Of a stretch of 64,000 nt of DNA, positions 1 to 11,090 are shown piece by piece. The first letter of the stretch is position 1. Each line of letters opens with the position of its first letter. The notes under the pieces were generated by a model. That model saw nothing but the letters and a program-made list of their open reading frames with translations, was not told the origin of the DNA and made no database searches. Both the position numbers and the translations under genes were made by a program. Source of the stretch: Nostoc sp. (GTDB lineage Bacteria > Cyanobacteriota > Cyanobacteriia > Cyanobacteriales > Nostocaceae); NCBI GenBank assembly GCA_036918135.1, contig JBALDB010000051.1, positions 187,614 to 251,613 of the forward strand. Reading direction: 5' to 3'.

Positions 1-117
1 AATGGTGAACCAGCGCTACAGGAGGGTTAGCCCGACCTAGGCGACTGGTGTTAGCGCAGCGGTAGCGAGGAACGAGCGTCAGGGTTGCCCTATTTACGCT
101 GCTCTGTACTAGTGATT

Positions 118-1299
118 TCAACGACTTGTTAATAAAGCGGGTTTGAAATCGTGAATGTTGCACATATTCCCAAAAGCAGTCAGGATTTTTCGCTTCAGTT
201 TAGTATTGAGTCTACTATGAGCAACTTGTAGGTTATCGATTACGAGAATATCGCCTTGCTTCCACTGAAATATGACTGCATTTTTCCATTCAGCTTGCCC
301 CAACTCTTTCGCTTCTGCTTCCGTCATATTGATGCTTTGACCATCTTTGTTCAAAAAATATGCGTTCAAAGTACTGGTTCGTTTTTGCAAACCATCAACA
401 ACAGTTGCTGCTGTTGTTGTTCTTTGTTGAATATTTTTGTACAATCTGGCTGGCAGCAAGTTGTAGTAGAGCCTTTGTTTAAATGAATACCGTTGCCCAA
501 TATTTCGATACCATTCTCTACTAACTAAACAATCAACAATACTAAGGCAAAAGCAGAGTCTACTCGTTCTTGGATGACTGAATAAGGGAATATAAGAACA
601 TTCAAAAGAAATAGAGCCATCCTCTTGCCAGTTAAAATCAAATTCTTGTTCTTGGAGAAGTTTGGCGATCTCCTCTGGCGAGAGATCCTCGAAGACCATT
701 TCTAATAGATGGTTTGGAACATATCGCACAAACTGCTGAGGAAAGTTTGCAATTTTGTGCTGTAAGCTGGGAGATAAGTCATAAAATAGCTTTTCTGTAT
801 TGATGATGGGAGTCTCCCCATACAAGTCGGGCTGAACTTGACAAAAGAAAGCAAGTACACTCGGTCGCACCGGCACCATATTGAGTTCATTGTGAGGAGC
901 TATAATCACATCTGGTGGAGCTTCAGAAGAGGTGAAGACTTTATCAGTTATTCGTACACGATGAGCGCTGCCAAAATGATAAACTGACTCCAGTTGGATA
1001 TTCAATAGCTCTAGGGCTTTTTGAAATTGCTCTGCACCTTCAACCTCAAATCCCCGAAACAAAATCGCTCCGTATGTATCTAGTTGTTTATTGAACCAGT
1101 CACCACTTTCCTTCAGCAATGCTTTGAGAACTGCAAAGGATTTTTCTTTGACTGGCTCAATAACTAGAGGTAGTTCTTTTTCAGTACTGCTAACAGTTTT
1201 CTCATGATCCTGCAAAAACCGTAATCTCATATCTGAAGAAATTGAAGTTGGGAGATTATGGATAGTATTCATAGAGTGAAAAAATGATATATTTAACAA
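118..1299 (-). CDS. TauD/TfdA (SyrP-like) Fe(II)/2-oxoglutarate dioxygenase
   Basis: YGAILFRGF, HNE metal motif (PHNELN), GETPII, and WKQGDILVIDNLQVAHSR with the distal His. The start may be the ATG at 1272. Confidence 0.85.
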   Translation of the reverse strand: MLNISFFHSMNTIHNLPTSISSDMRLRFLQDHEKTVSSTEKELPLVIEPVKEKSFAVLKALLKESGDWFNKQLDTYGAILFRGFEVEGAEQFQKALELLNIQLESVYHFGSAHRVRITDKVFTSSEAPPDVIIAPHNELNMVPVRPSVLAFFCQVQPDLYGETPIINTEKLFYDLSPSLQHKIANFPQQFVRYVPNHLLEMVFEDLSPEEIAKLLQEQEFDFNWQEDGSISFECSYIPLFSHPRTSRLCFCLSIVDCLVSREWYRNIGQRYSFKQRLYYNLLPARLYKNIQQRTTTAATVVDGLQKRTSTLNAYFLNKDGQSINMTEAEAKELGQAEWKNAVIFQWKQGDILVIDNLQVAHSRLNTKLKRKILTAFGNMCNIHDFKPALLTSR

Positions 1300-1339
1300 T
1301 CGACCAATAACCTTTCTCTTCCCCCATTCTCCAATCTCT

Positions 1340-2314
1340 CTACATAGCTGATTCTACCTCTTTCTTAATAGCAAATTCGCTAGATGAAGTTAAATATACC
1401 CCTGAAATAATCACAACAAAACTTATCAATGTAGACCAGTTGAGGCTTTCCGAAAAGATAATCCAAGCTTGCAGGGAGCTAAAGACGGGAACAAACAGAT
1501 CGCATAAGGAGACAAATCCTGAAGATAACTTGTTGAGACTATAGGCATAAAGTCCCAAGCCTATTATTTGGCATATCAGGGCTAGGCAAATCACGTAAAA
1601 CCACCCACCCAACGAATAGGGGAAAAGCCTATCTTCTGTGAGTAAAGCGATAGGCAAAAGTAACACCGAGCCGATCGCAGAACACCATGTCATGATTATT
1701 GTCGGACTCAATTGACTTCGTAGTTGTTCCACGATGAGTGGATAGAAACCAAGAAACACAGCTGATAGTAATGCCATTAGATCTCCTTGGAGTTTGTCAC
1801 TCGTCAAGGAAATATCATTGTATACTATAATACCAGCGCCAGCAATAGCTACAAACATACCGATAAGGAATTTACCATTAAAGCGCTTCCCAAAAATCAG
1901 CCATCCTCCTAAGACAGTGAACAGTGGAGCCAAATAGTGCATGAGCGTAGCGTTAGCGACGTTGGTCTGAGTTAGTGACAAAGCCCACAGACTAAGAGTA
2001 GCAAATATGACAATACCTCCTCCGATTAAGAGCAAAATTAGCCGGATTGGGTAAAGTTGTAGTTTTTCCGGTTGGCTATTAGATAGTCGCAGACACGCAG
2101 CTGCGAATCCATTCCACAGCACTAAGGCGACAGTAGAGATCCAAAAGCGATTAAAGATTGTAACATTTGGACCGAGTTCGCCTTCACTCAAGCGGATCAG
2201 AATTGGTGAGAAAGATAAGGCTACTAAGCTGACTACCAATGAAGCAACTGCTGCGGTAGTTGGTGTTGCTAATAACTGTTCGTATGGGAATTTCAGTTTA
2301 GCTTTGAGCATCAA
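1340..2314 (-). CDS. DMT/EamA family transporter
   Basis: About 10 hydrophobic helices in two EamA-like halves (SFSPILIR...TIFNRFW; GDLMALLSA). Confidence 0.85.
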   Translation of the reverse strand: MMLKAKLKFPYEQLLATPTTAAVASLVVSLVALSFSPILIRLSEGELGPNVTIFNRFWISTVALVLWNGFAAACLRLSNSQPEKLQLYPIRLILLLIGGGIVIFATLSLWALSLTQTNVANATLMHYLAPLFTVLGGWLIFGKRFNGKFLIGMFVAIAGAGIIVYNDISLTSDKLQGDLMALLSAVFLGFYPLIVEQLRSQLSPTIIMTWCSAIGSVLLLPIALLTEDRLFPYSLGGWFYVICLALICQIIGLGLYAYSLNKLSSGFVSLCDLFVPVFSSLQAWIIFSESLNWSTLISFVVIISGVYLTSSSEFAIKKEVESAM

Positions 2315-2339
2315 TATTTTCCAATAACGTGACTAGGTG

Positions 2340-2471
2340 TAAGTAGGTCGGTGTAAATATTTATCGTTGGGATGAGGCAGGAGGCAGCTATGCTGGAGGC
2401 AGGAGGGAAGAGGGTTTGAGTCTATTTAATTTTTCTTAACATAGTTCGGTTTTTCCACATCGTTCTACTTA
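2340..2471. mobile_element. MITE-like element with imperfect terminal inverted repeats and TA flanks
   Basis: Left end TAAGTAGGTCGGTGTAAA; the right end reads TAAGTAGAACGATGTGGAAA on the minus strand. Internal GGAGGCA heptamers; non-coding. Confidence 0.55.
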
Positions 2472-2665
2472 CTTAATCTTTCTGGCTACTTTGTTGCCTT
2501 GTTTAGTCAATTAAAGTAATACATGTATACTAATTATCCTCACATCTAGCTGTTATGTCAAAAAACTACGTTCACACAAAATTTAAGTATAAATACTTAA
2601 TAAACGAGACAGTGATTTGAGAAAATTGTTATCATAAAATATTGCACCAAATTCAAATCATGCCG

Positions 2666-2699
2666 GGATATGTCTTGTAGCAAGCCAAAAGACATATCC
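2666..2699 (-). terminator. Hairpin downstream of the methyltransferase gene
   Basis: 11-bp inverted repeat GGATATGTCTT...AAGACATATCC. Confidence 0.4.
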
Positions 2700-2746
2700 G
2701 TAATTTTGGCAGTGGATGTAAAACTTTGTTTGTATTTGTGCGAGGC

Positions 2747-3787
2747 TCAAAACACTGTGCTAAATTCCATCACCGTCAGGCTAGTTCCCGTGTAAATAAC
2801 TTTTTCGAGTTGAAAGCCACTAGTTTCAAACAACTCCTTATACTCTTGTTCCGTGCGCCAGTAACCCCCAGGATTTGTTACCATCATCTGAACTGCGGCA
2901 AGGGCTGGGATAGTGCCATCTTGATATTCTACTGGCGCACCACGAGGTGGAACAAGTGTCTGTAGAAGTACAACCTTACCTTGTTTTGGGAGAGCTTTTT
3001 TACACCCAGTTAGTACTTTAATTGTGTCTTGCGAACTGAATACGGAAAGAAAATACTTCATCACGATCGCATCTGCACCCTTTGGTATCTCCTCCAAGGC
3101 ATTACCACCAATGACTTTCACTTCATTTTCGTCGAGTCCCTGCTTTGATAGGTAATCTGGTGCTGTCTCAACCTCATGCGGTAAATCAAACAATATACCT
3201 TTACAGCCAAATTTTTTGACAATATAGGCAATCAGTGCCCCTTGATTGCCTCCAACGTCCATAACTGTATCAAATTGACCGAAATCATAGACCTCAAACA
3301 GCGAATCAATTGCTTGATTCGTTAAAAAGCTCATGGCATTGTTGAACAGATTTCTGCTATCAGGGTTTTCCGTCATGAAGAATTCGTAGAATTTCTTGCC
3401 ATGCGCCCTCTCAAAAGCTACTTCCCCTGTTTTCAAGGAATCCCCTAGTTCCCTCCAAGCATTCCACATACAGGGTTCTGTAATATGCATTAGAAAATGT
3501 CCAACAGAAGGTTCTGCATTTGTAATCAGCAGTTGGGAGAGTTCTGTTGCTGCAAATACACGTCCGGGCTTTTCTACGAACACCCCTAAATGAGCTAAAG
3601 CACGGAGAAGAACATAAAGAGTTTCTACTTTCGTAGAGGTTGCTTTTGCTATTGCTTCTACAGTCATTGGTTGGGACTGTAAGAGGTTAGGTATACCTAA
3701 ATTTGTTGCTATATAAAGGCACTGGCTTTGCCAGTAACCATAGATCATTTGAGCAAGCTTCTTGGATGCTGAAGTAGTTCCTAACAA
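2747..3787 (-). CDS. SAM-dependent methyltransferase, O-methyltransferase family 2 with dimerisation domain
   Basis: N-terminal winged-helix dimerisation region, VMDVGGNQG SAM motif, GILFDLP, C-terminal GGYWRT. Confidence 0.85.
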   Translation of the reverse strand: MLGTTSASKKLAQMIYGYWQSQCLYIATNLGIPNLLQSQPMTVEAIAKATSTKVETLYVLLRALAHLGVFVEKPGRVFAATELSQLLITNAEPSVGHFLMHITEPCMWNAWRELGDSLKTGEVAFERAHGKKFYEFFMTENPDSRNLFNNAMSFLTNQAIDSLFEVYDFGQFDTVMDVGGNQGALIAYIVKKFGCKGILFDLPHEVETAPDYLSKQGLDENEVKVIGGNALEEIPKGADAIVMKYFLSVFSSQDTIKVLTGCKKALPKQGKVVLLQTLVPPRGAPVEYQDGTIPALAAVQMMVTNPGGYWRTEQEYKELFETSGFQLEKVIYTGTSLTVMEFSTVF

Positions 3788-4302
3788 ATTCTATTTCTCC
3801 GTGTAAAATAGTAGACGCAAATTATTTTTTATCTAGTCCAGTCCAAAATTACTAGGCTAAAATTCTTTGACTCACCTGCTTTTATAGACATGTATAAACG
3901 TGTTGATTTCTTGGATAACTCCAAGCACACTGCAAACTGAAACTAGTTTTTGTGGTACGAGCCGGGCCATGAACCGCAGTAAGAGATTACAACTAAATAT
4001 CATTAACATCCCAGTCGATAACAATACCAACGCAACAGAAACAAGTACATTTGTCAAGTGACGTATCTTGCCTCTGACTACAATAGTGACAAGTTTTTAA
4101 TGTATTGCGTTGAGCAATTATATGAACAAAGTTTTTGCTTAAAACACGCTTGTATTTAAGTTACCTTCAGAAAAACCTCTAAAGAATATACATACCATAA
4201 TTAGTGACAAGTGAAAGAATCTAAAGCTATTTCATTTTCAGGAGTAGCACTTGATGACCTAATTTCGGATTATACCGTTTGTAAGGATTCTTCTAAAAGC
4301 TC

Positions 4303-5745
4303 TTAGCGCTCTTCCATCACTCTAAGCAGAGGAAAATAGAAAATCCTCATATTCATAGCAGTCTGGAACAGCGCCGCGCATTCGATTCATCAATGCAATT
4401 AGTGTTAAAAAACCATCTGACAAATGTGAAATAAGAAAAACCTTGAGCCAGGGTTTGATTAGATTACAAAATTGGTATGGTTGGATAATCAGGCGTAGAT
4501 TGTTGAGTATATTCTTCCAACCTAAACCGAAGTCCCACCAATCATGCTCTCGGAATTTCTTCACAACTGGGTCTATGGGATGGTTTATCCCTTGAACAGC
4601 AGTATTATTCAAAACTTGAGAATGAAGACTGACCATGAGATAAGCACTCATTACAATTTCCCACCATTTCTGAATTTGAGAATAGTCAGTCACTCGAAAA
4701 TCAGCCCAACCTAATTCATTTTTACTTTGCTTCAGTCCATATTCAACCCAGTTCCTTAAGCCATATAAATTTCCAACTTCCTTATACTTAATTCCTCGGA
4801 CAAGGGTCATAATAAACTAAGTTGAATTTTGAGGTAAAGTCTCTGGATCGGTTGTAACTTGCCAATATTGAATGTCGTGACGCTTACTAAATACTATCTC
4901 TCTAATATACCTTTTTTCTTGTTTATCATCAGAAAATATACGTTTATAAGGTCGCCAACGGTTATATCTGATTTTCTGACCAGGCGGTAGCCACACTCCA
5001 TGATTGCTCCGAATCGCTACTACAAAATCTAGTTCTAATTCGCACAACACACTCAGCAAGTTGCATTCGGCGAAGCCGTGTCGAAGACTCTCGCTTTCAC
5101 TATACAGAGTATCTGCTAGTACCAGCTTGAAGCTAAACCTCATGACTCGGAGTTTTCTAATCATAGAAGCGGCGATTTCTGGTTTAGTCTGGTAGACATC
5201 TAGTTCTAGTAATCTTATATTTAGATTTATAAACTTCAAACATTAAGGGAAATGTCATACCCTCGAATAGACCATAAGCTGTAACGGCTACTATTCCGTT
5301 CTCTATTTTTCCCAAATTGCCAATATATTGTCGTTTGACATAATCTGTTGTACTCTCCTTCTTTGGATCTCCTGTTTCATCAATAATTAGTATGATTTCT
5401 CACCTTAACAGTACTTGTAGTATCAGCTTTAATCTCCCTTCCCTCAATTGCTCAACTTCCCGCAGTGATTCTGTCAAGAAATGCAATAGCCCTTGCTCAT
5501 TACTTAAGCCCACCATGCGTGATATTACTGGTATTTTGCGTTTAATATCGGAAATCATCCCTACGTGAAGATATTTAAACGCCTCAAAACTTCTGACCTC
5601 TGGAAATAGTTTTCTATACCATTGACAGTAATCGTCAACAAATTTGATTGTTTCGACAGGCTTTCTTGCCTCAAACATAGACTAAACAAAGCTTTGCGTC
5701 ACTTCCCTAATTTATTCTCTCACGAGAGTGATGGAAGAGCGCTAA
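4303..5745 (-). mobile_element. IS701-family insertion sequence with inactivated transposase
   Basis: Perfect 21-bp inverted repeats TTAGCGCTCTTCCATCACTCT at 4303-4323 and 5725-5745 enclosing transposase fragments. Confidence 0.85.
4322..5678 (-). pseudogene. IS701-family DDE transposase, broken into at least 3 ORF fragments
   Basis: Fragments 5400-5678 (FVDDYCQWY...FPEVRSFEAFKYLHVG), 4817-5239 (LVLADTLY) and 4322-4810 (YGLRNWVEYGLKQSKNELGWADFR), with KRQYIGNLGKIENGIV encoded between them. Confidence 0.85.
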
Positions 5746-5963
5746 ACTTGATAGCAATAAATTTTGAAAAGCTCTCCTGTTCTAGATTACTATTAACACT
5801 TAAGCAGCAATTTAATTGTTGCTACATCAAGTAAAAAGATAAATTTCTTCTACAACGTCCAGTGTCAATTCCACCTTAGTTTTTATTTTGTAACAGCAAG
5901 CGCTCGGCTTGCGATCGCACCAGAAGCGCTTGTGCGTAGTTTTTATTACTTTTATGAGCAATC

Positions 5964-7115
5964 CTAAAGATTTCTCAAAAACCTCGCCACCCCTTGCCAA
6001 ATTGAAGTTGACTTCCTATTACTCTCACTACCGCGACTCAAATCTGACAAAGTGGGAAACGATGCAGATTTAGCATAAACTCCATTTTGCAAAACTTTTG
6101 CTAGGGCATTATTATCTTCTCGCAACCCTTCATAAAAAAAGAATACCTCACCTTGAATACCAATTTGGCGATTGTATTCAATTGCTTGTACCAAATATTC
6201 TGGACTAATACAATAATTGCCAAGCTTGATCAGAATTCCTGGCGCTAACTTGGACAAAGTTGCATCAGTGAACTGTTGAGTTACCAGTTGATTGGCCATC
6301 GCCTGATAACTTCTAAAGTCACGGCGATAAATCTGCGGGTTTATAATATCAACTATTCCCCGCTTCAGCCACGCAGGGGAATCTTGCAGATATTCCTGGA
6401 AAGCCCAATCATAAATATTAGGTGCGATCGCTACTAATAAATTAGGATTTACTGCTTTGACTTGCTGATACAGATGTGCCCAGAAATCAGTGAGAATATC
6501 AGCACGCCACTGTAGCCATTGCCTATCCTTAGGATTTGGCGGCGGATCGCGATCGAATTCCTGGCGGTAACGTGTTAAAGTTAATCGATCGTAGCCTCCT
6601 TCACTTGGAAATGCTGGTAAGCGATCGTCTCCTTGTATACCATCAACATCATAATTTTTTACAACTTCTAGTACTAAGTTTAATAAGAATTCCTGCACTT
6701 GGGGATCGAGGGCATTCAACCACTCAAAGCCGTTTTTCTTTAGTAAATTACTATTGCGATCGCGTCCAGCCCATTCTGGTTTTTGAGCTAAAAGAGTACC
6801 GCCATTCAAATTATAGGAACTGGCAAAACCATATTCAAACCAAGGGATGACTTTCAACCCAACTCGCCGCGCCTCTACTACCACTTCTTCTAAAGGGTCG
6901 CGTCCTGCACACATAGGGTTAATTTCAACCCCAAAAGTCTGCTGCATCATTTGACTCGGATACAAAGTTACTGCTTGGTTCCAAACTACAGGAAACACTA
7001 CATTAAATCCTGTCTGGGCAATAAAATCCATTGCCTTAGCAATACCTTGCTTTGACCTAAGAACTTTACTATCAGTAGTGGTCAGCCAGATACCACGTGT
7101 TTCTATTGTTGCCAT
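5964..7115 (-). CDS. Glycoside hydrolase-like GHL10 (YddW/DUF187) protein
   Basis: ETRGIWL, VIPWFEYG, YDVDGIQGDDR, NPQIYR motifs. Confidence 0.85.
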   Translation of the reverse strand: MATIETRGIWLTTTDSKVLRSKQGIAKAMDFIAQTGFNVVFPVVWNQAVTLYPSQMMQQTFGVEINPMCAGRDPLEEVVVEARRVGLKVIPWFEYGFASSYNLNGGTLLAQKPEWAGRDRNSNLLKKNGFEWLNALDPQVQEFLLNLVLEVVKNYDVDGIQGDDRLPAFPSEGGYDRLTLTRYRQEFDRDPPPNPKDRQWLQWRADILTDFWAHLYQQVKAVNPNLLVAIAPNIYDWAFQEYLQDSPAWLKRGIVDIINPQIYRRDFRSYQAMANQLVTQQFTDATLSKLAPGILIKLGNYCISPEYLVQAIEYNRQIGIQGEVFFFYEGLREDNNALAKVLQNGVYAKSASFPTLSDLSRGSESNRKSTSIWQGVARFLRNL

Positions 7116-7320
7116 TTGCCGAAATGTAAATTATCAGAATTTGCGAGTCAATAGTCGAATCTAGATTAGTAATTTAGTCTAATAATTTATATCTATCTGA
7201 GGATATTTTTTAATAACCTGTTCTCCTGATTCTGTCTTTCAATAGATGTCATAATACTCAAAATAATTTCAAATATAATATGTAAACTAACTGGTTGATT
7301 ATACTTAAATTATATTAATT

Positions 7321-8184
7321 ATGTCTGGAATAAAACCTTCTTGGAAACACGAATATATAAATACTAATGGGGTGAAGCTACACTATGTTACCCAAGGTGA
7401 AGGGCCATTAATGTTGATGTTGCACGGTTTTCCAGAATTTTGGTACTCTTGGCGGCATCAAATACCAGAATTTGCTCAAGATTTTAAAGTTGTTGCCATT
7501 GACTTGCGTGGCTATAACGATAGTGATAAGCCAGCAGAGCAATCAGCTTATGTTATGGATGAATTTATTAAAGATGTTGAGGGAGTAATTAAAGGATTAG
7601 GATACGAAAAATGTGTTTTAGTTGGACATGATTGGGGAGGAGCGATCGCTTGGGTTTTTGCTTATGCTCACCCCGAAATGATAGAGCGATTAATTATTCT
7701 TAACCTGCCTCATCCTGCTAAATTTGCCCAAGGCTTACGCACTCCCCAACAATTGTTACGAAGTTATTACATATTTATTTTTCAACTTCCGTGGATACCA
7801 GAATTACTTTTACAATTTTCAGATTATCAAATAATTACAATAGCTTTTGAAGGTACAGCAGTTAATAAAACTGCTTTCACACAAGCAGATATTAATGCGT
7901 ATAAAGATGCTGCGGCAAAACGCGGTGCGCTTACAGCAATGTTAAACTATTACCGCAATATTTTTCAGCAGAAAATGCTAAATCCAAATTGGGGAATTTT
8001 GCAAGTACCAACACTGATGATTTGGGGAGAAAATGACACTGCACTTGGCAAGGAACTAACTTATGATACAGCAACTTATGTTAGAGACTTTCAAATCAAG
8101 TACATTCCTAATTGTGGCCATTGGGTGCAACAAGAACAGCCAGAGTTAGTTAATCAGTATATGAAAGAGTTTCTTAGGACTTAG
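7321..8184 (+). CDS. Alpha/beta hydrolase, epoxide hydrolase-like
   Basis: HGFPEFWYSW, GHDWGG nucleophile elbow, GHWVQQE. Confidence 0.9.
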   Translation: MSGIKPSWKHEYINTNGVKLHYVTQGEGPLMLMLHGFPEFWYSWRHQIPEFAQDFKVVAIDLRGYNDSDKPAEQSAYVMDEFIKDVEGVIKGLGYEKCVLVGHDWGGAIAWVFAYAHPEMIERLIILNLPHPAKFAQGLRTPQQLLRSYYIFIFQLPWIPELLLQFSDYQIITIAFEGTAVNKTAFTQADINAYKDAAAKRGALTAMLNYYRNIFQQKMLNPNWGILQVPTLMIWGENDTALGKELTYDTATYVRDFQIKYIPNCGHWVQQEQPELVNQYMKEFLRT

Positions 8185-8492
8185 TTTAACAAATACTATT
8201 AAGCTAAACGGTTAACTTGAAAGTATAAATACTTATTTTGATAGATGAACTCTGCCGAGTGGTGTAGGCTTTTCGAGATATTTAATGCTAATTTAATATC
8301 AGCAGATTTTCAGGGCTTATTTGAGTAAAATAGCCAAAAATTTGGATAAATCGCATTTTTTGTGTCCCTGTTATCCTTGCTTAATTACCACAACAATCCT
8401 CTCACGTCAATCTGGAACCTAAAGAAGTTTGGTGAGATAATAGAACTGTGAGGTAAAGAACGGACGCAACTTGATAATCAAGGGGGAAAATT

Positions 8493-8948
8493 ATGAAACT
8501 CCAGCTATTAGTGGCCACAGCCTTAGCAAGTCCCCTATTTTTCATTAGCTCGGTTAGAGCTGAAAATCCGCAGGACTTACAAAAACTACTTTCGACTGGG
8601 GAATGTATCCAGTGCGATTTATCGGGAGCTAACCTTAGTGGCGCTCATTTAATTGGTGCTGACTTAAGAGGATCGAAGCTTCAAAAAGCCAACCTTGTAG
8701 GGGCAAATCTAGAAGGTGCAGACTTAACTGGTGCTAACTTGGCAGGTGCTAACTTAACATCAGCTTATGTAACTAATGTAAATATGAAACAAGCCAATCT
8801 CGATCGGGTTAATTTTACTCGCGCGACGATTCACGATTCTAATGTGTACAAAGCATCAATGAACGATCTCAATCTCACTGATGCCGAAATATTTAACACT
8901 GGAATCGGTATTGGTGGAGAAGATGCCGAGATTCCCGATTGGAAATAA
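8493..8948 (+). CDS. Secreted pentapeptide-repeat protein
   Basis: Signal peptide, CxxC, then repeated A(N/D)LxG units. Confidence 0.9.
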   Translation: MKLQLLVATALASPLFFISSVRAENPQDLQKLLSTGECIQCDLSGANLSGAHLIGADLRGSKLQKANLVGANLEGADLTGANLAGANLTSAYVTNVNMKQANLDRVNFTRATIHDSNVYKASMNDLNLTDAEIFNTGIGIGGEDAEIPDWK

Positions 8949-9337
8949 GCTCAGCCAAATGGGCGGGTTAAAATAAATACAACATAAGTTTTGACGGATT
9001 TTTAATCAAAGAAACTAGTTGTTCGCAAGCATTTTCTTGAAACCTGCCTTTCCAATAATATTAAGATAAGTAAAACCCTCTACCTTGCTGTTACTTCACC
9101 ATGATTAAGGTAGAGGAATTTTTTTATAAAAAGTAGAATTACAATTAGTAATTATTGTTTAATAACTGTTTTAAAAATTTTAACTAATCTGCTTAACTGT
9201 CTTCAATTAATTACTCAACTGTTGATTTAATTGTGCGTTGAGTGCGACAGTTTAAAGATAAATGAGGGCATAGCAATTTGTAAAGTTGCCAATACCCTCA
9301 AAATAAATAAGCTAGATTTTTGTAGCAGCGTATAATT

Positions 9338-10609
9338 TTAAGTTAGTGCCTGAGCAACTGCTGAAAGTGACTCGTTTGCTGCTTGCTTCAACAATTCCGC
9401 TCTATCGGTTTGTTCCCAAGGCAAGTCTAAATCACCCCGCCCAAAGTGACCGTAAGCCGCGACGTCCTGATAAAAACGTCCGCCTCGTTCATTTGGTAAG
9501 TTGCGTAAATTGAAGGTGTGGATAATCCCGGCTGGACGCAGTTCAAAGTGCTGCTTGATTAATTCCAGCAAGGTTTCTTCATCGACTTTGCCAGTGCCAA
9601 ATGTATCCACCAGAATACTAGTTGGTCTTGCTACGCCGATAGCATAGGACAGCTGGATTTCAACTTTTTCTGCCAACCCTGCGGCAACAATATTTTTTGC
9701 CACATAGCGAGCTGCATAAGCAGCAGAACGGTCTACTTTGGTGGGGTCTTTGCCAGAAAAAGCACCGCCACCATGTCGTGAATAGCCACCATAGGTGTCA
9801 ACGATTATTTTCCGTCCTGTCAGACCAGAGTCTCCTTGGGGGCCACCAACCACAAATTTGCCAGTGGGATTGACTAAAAAGCGTGTTTCCTCATTTGGCT
9901 TAACGTCGATGTCGCCAAAAACAGGTTCAACTACAGCCGACCATAGGTCTTGTTTAATTTTGGCTTGTACCGCCGCCTCATCTGTGATTTCTCCAATATT
10001 GGCTGTATGTTGGGTGGAAATCAAGATAGTATCAATCCCTACAGCACGTCCATCTTCGTAAACTACAGTAACTTGGGTTTTGCCGTCAGGACGCAAGTAT
10101 GGCAATTCACCTGTTTTGCGAACTGCTGCTAATCGGCGAGCGATGCGGTGAGCCAGACTGATGGGCAAGGGCATCAGTTCTGGTGTTTCGTTACTGGCAA
10201 AACCAAACATTATACCTTGATCGCCAGCGCCAATTTTGTCGAATTGTTGATCGCTATCTTCCTGGCGGGTTTCTTGAGCAGTGTTAACCCCTTGGGCAAT
10301 ATCAGGTGATTGTTCGTCTAAAGCTAGCAGAACGCTGGTGCTGTTCGCAGAAAAACCGTTATCAGCATTAATATAGCCGATTTCGGCAATTTTCTTGCGG
10401 GCGAGATTCACGAAATTCACATTTGCTTTGGTAGTGATTTCACCAGTAATTAGCACTAATCCAGTATTAACTACTACTTCAGCCGCTACACGACTGCTGG
10501 GGTCTTGTGTCAGTAAGGCATCAAGGATAGTATCAGAAATCTGATCGCAGATTTTATCTGGATGACCTTCAGTGACTGACTCGGAGGTAAATAAATATCG
10601 ACGAGACAA
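9338..10609 (-). CDS. metK: S-adenosylmethionine synthetase
   Basis: [38 protein letters not shown] start. Confidence 0.97.
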   Translation of the reverse strand: MSRRYLFTSESVTEGHPDKICDQISDTILDALLTQDPSSRVAAEVVVNTGLVLITGEITTKANVNFVNLARKKIAEIGYINADNGFSANSTSVLLALDEQSPDIAQGVNTAQETRQEDSDQQFDKIGAGDQGIMFGFASNETPELMPLPISLAHRIARRLAAVRKTGELPYLRPDGKTQVTVVYEDGRAVGIDTILISTQHTANIGEITDEAAVQAKIKQDLWSAVVEPVFGDIDVKPNEETRFLVNPTGKFVVGGPQGDSGLTGRKIIVDTYGGYSRHGGGAFSGKDPTKVDRSAAYAARYVAKNIVAAGLAEKVEIQLSYAIGVARPTSILVDTFGTGKVDEETLLELIKQHFELRPAGIIHTFNLRNLPNERGGRFYQDVAAYGHFGRGDLDLPWEQTDRAELLKQAANESLSAVAQALT

Positions 10610-11090
10610 AGGTAATTCCTCCTTTAAGAGTATTTTCGCTGATTAAATATAGGTATTGAGTTCAACTACCTAATTTATGAAATCATAACAACATTTATAC
10701 TGGAGTCGTTAGTGTCTTTTGAAGATCGAGTAAAACTACTAGATGAGTCAGATTTAAATTAGAAAAAAGATTACCAGAAAATACGGACAGTTAGATGAGA
10801 GCAAGCAATAAGAAATCAGCATTTAGAAGCTACAACGCTCCTAGAGAAAAGCACTTAGCAAGCGATCGCATAATTACAATAATTCATTGCTCTTGATTCT
10901 TTGTTGGTGTCAGGTGAGGAAAGTGTTGACACTCATGCTGGTTTATTATCGCTACTTTGATGAAGAAATTTAAACAATTTTAGATGTATCTAACCACTGA
11001 AATGAGTATGTTTCAATCCGGCATATTAGGCGCAAATATAAAAATATATATTTATATAAACAAAAGCAAGAATATTTAATCCGATTCTCA

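Noticed and set aside
3872..4057. 61-aa hydrophobic ORF as a precursor peptide for the methyltransferase/TauD cassette
   Set aside because: TTG start and no leader/core pattern; cannot be supported from sequence alone.
10610..11090. SAM riboswitch upstream of metK
   Set aside because: No recognisable SAM aptamer consensus in this AT-rich region.
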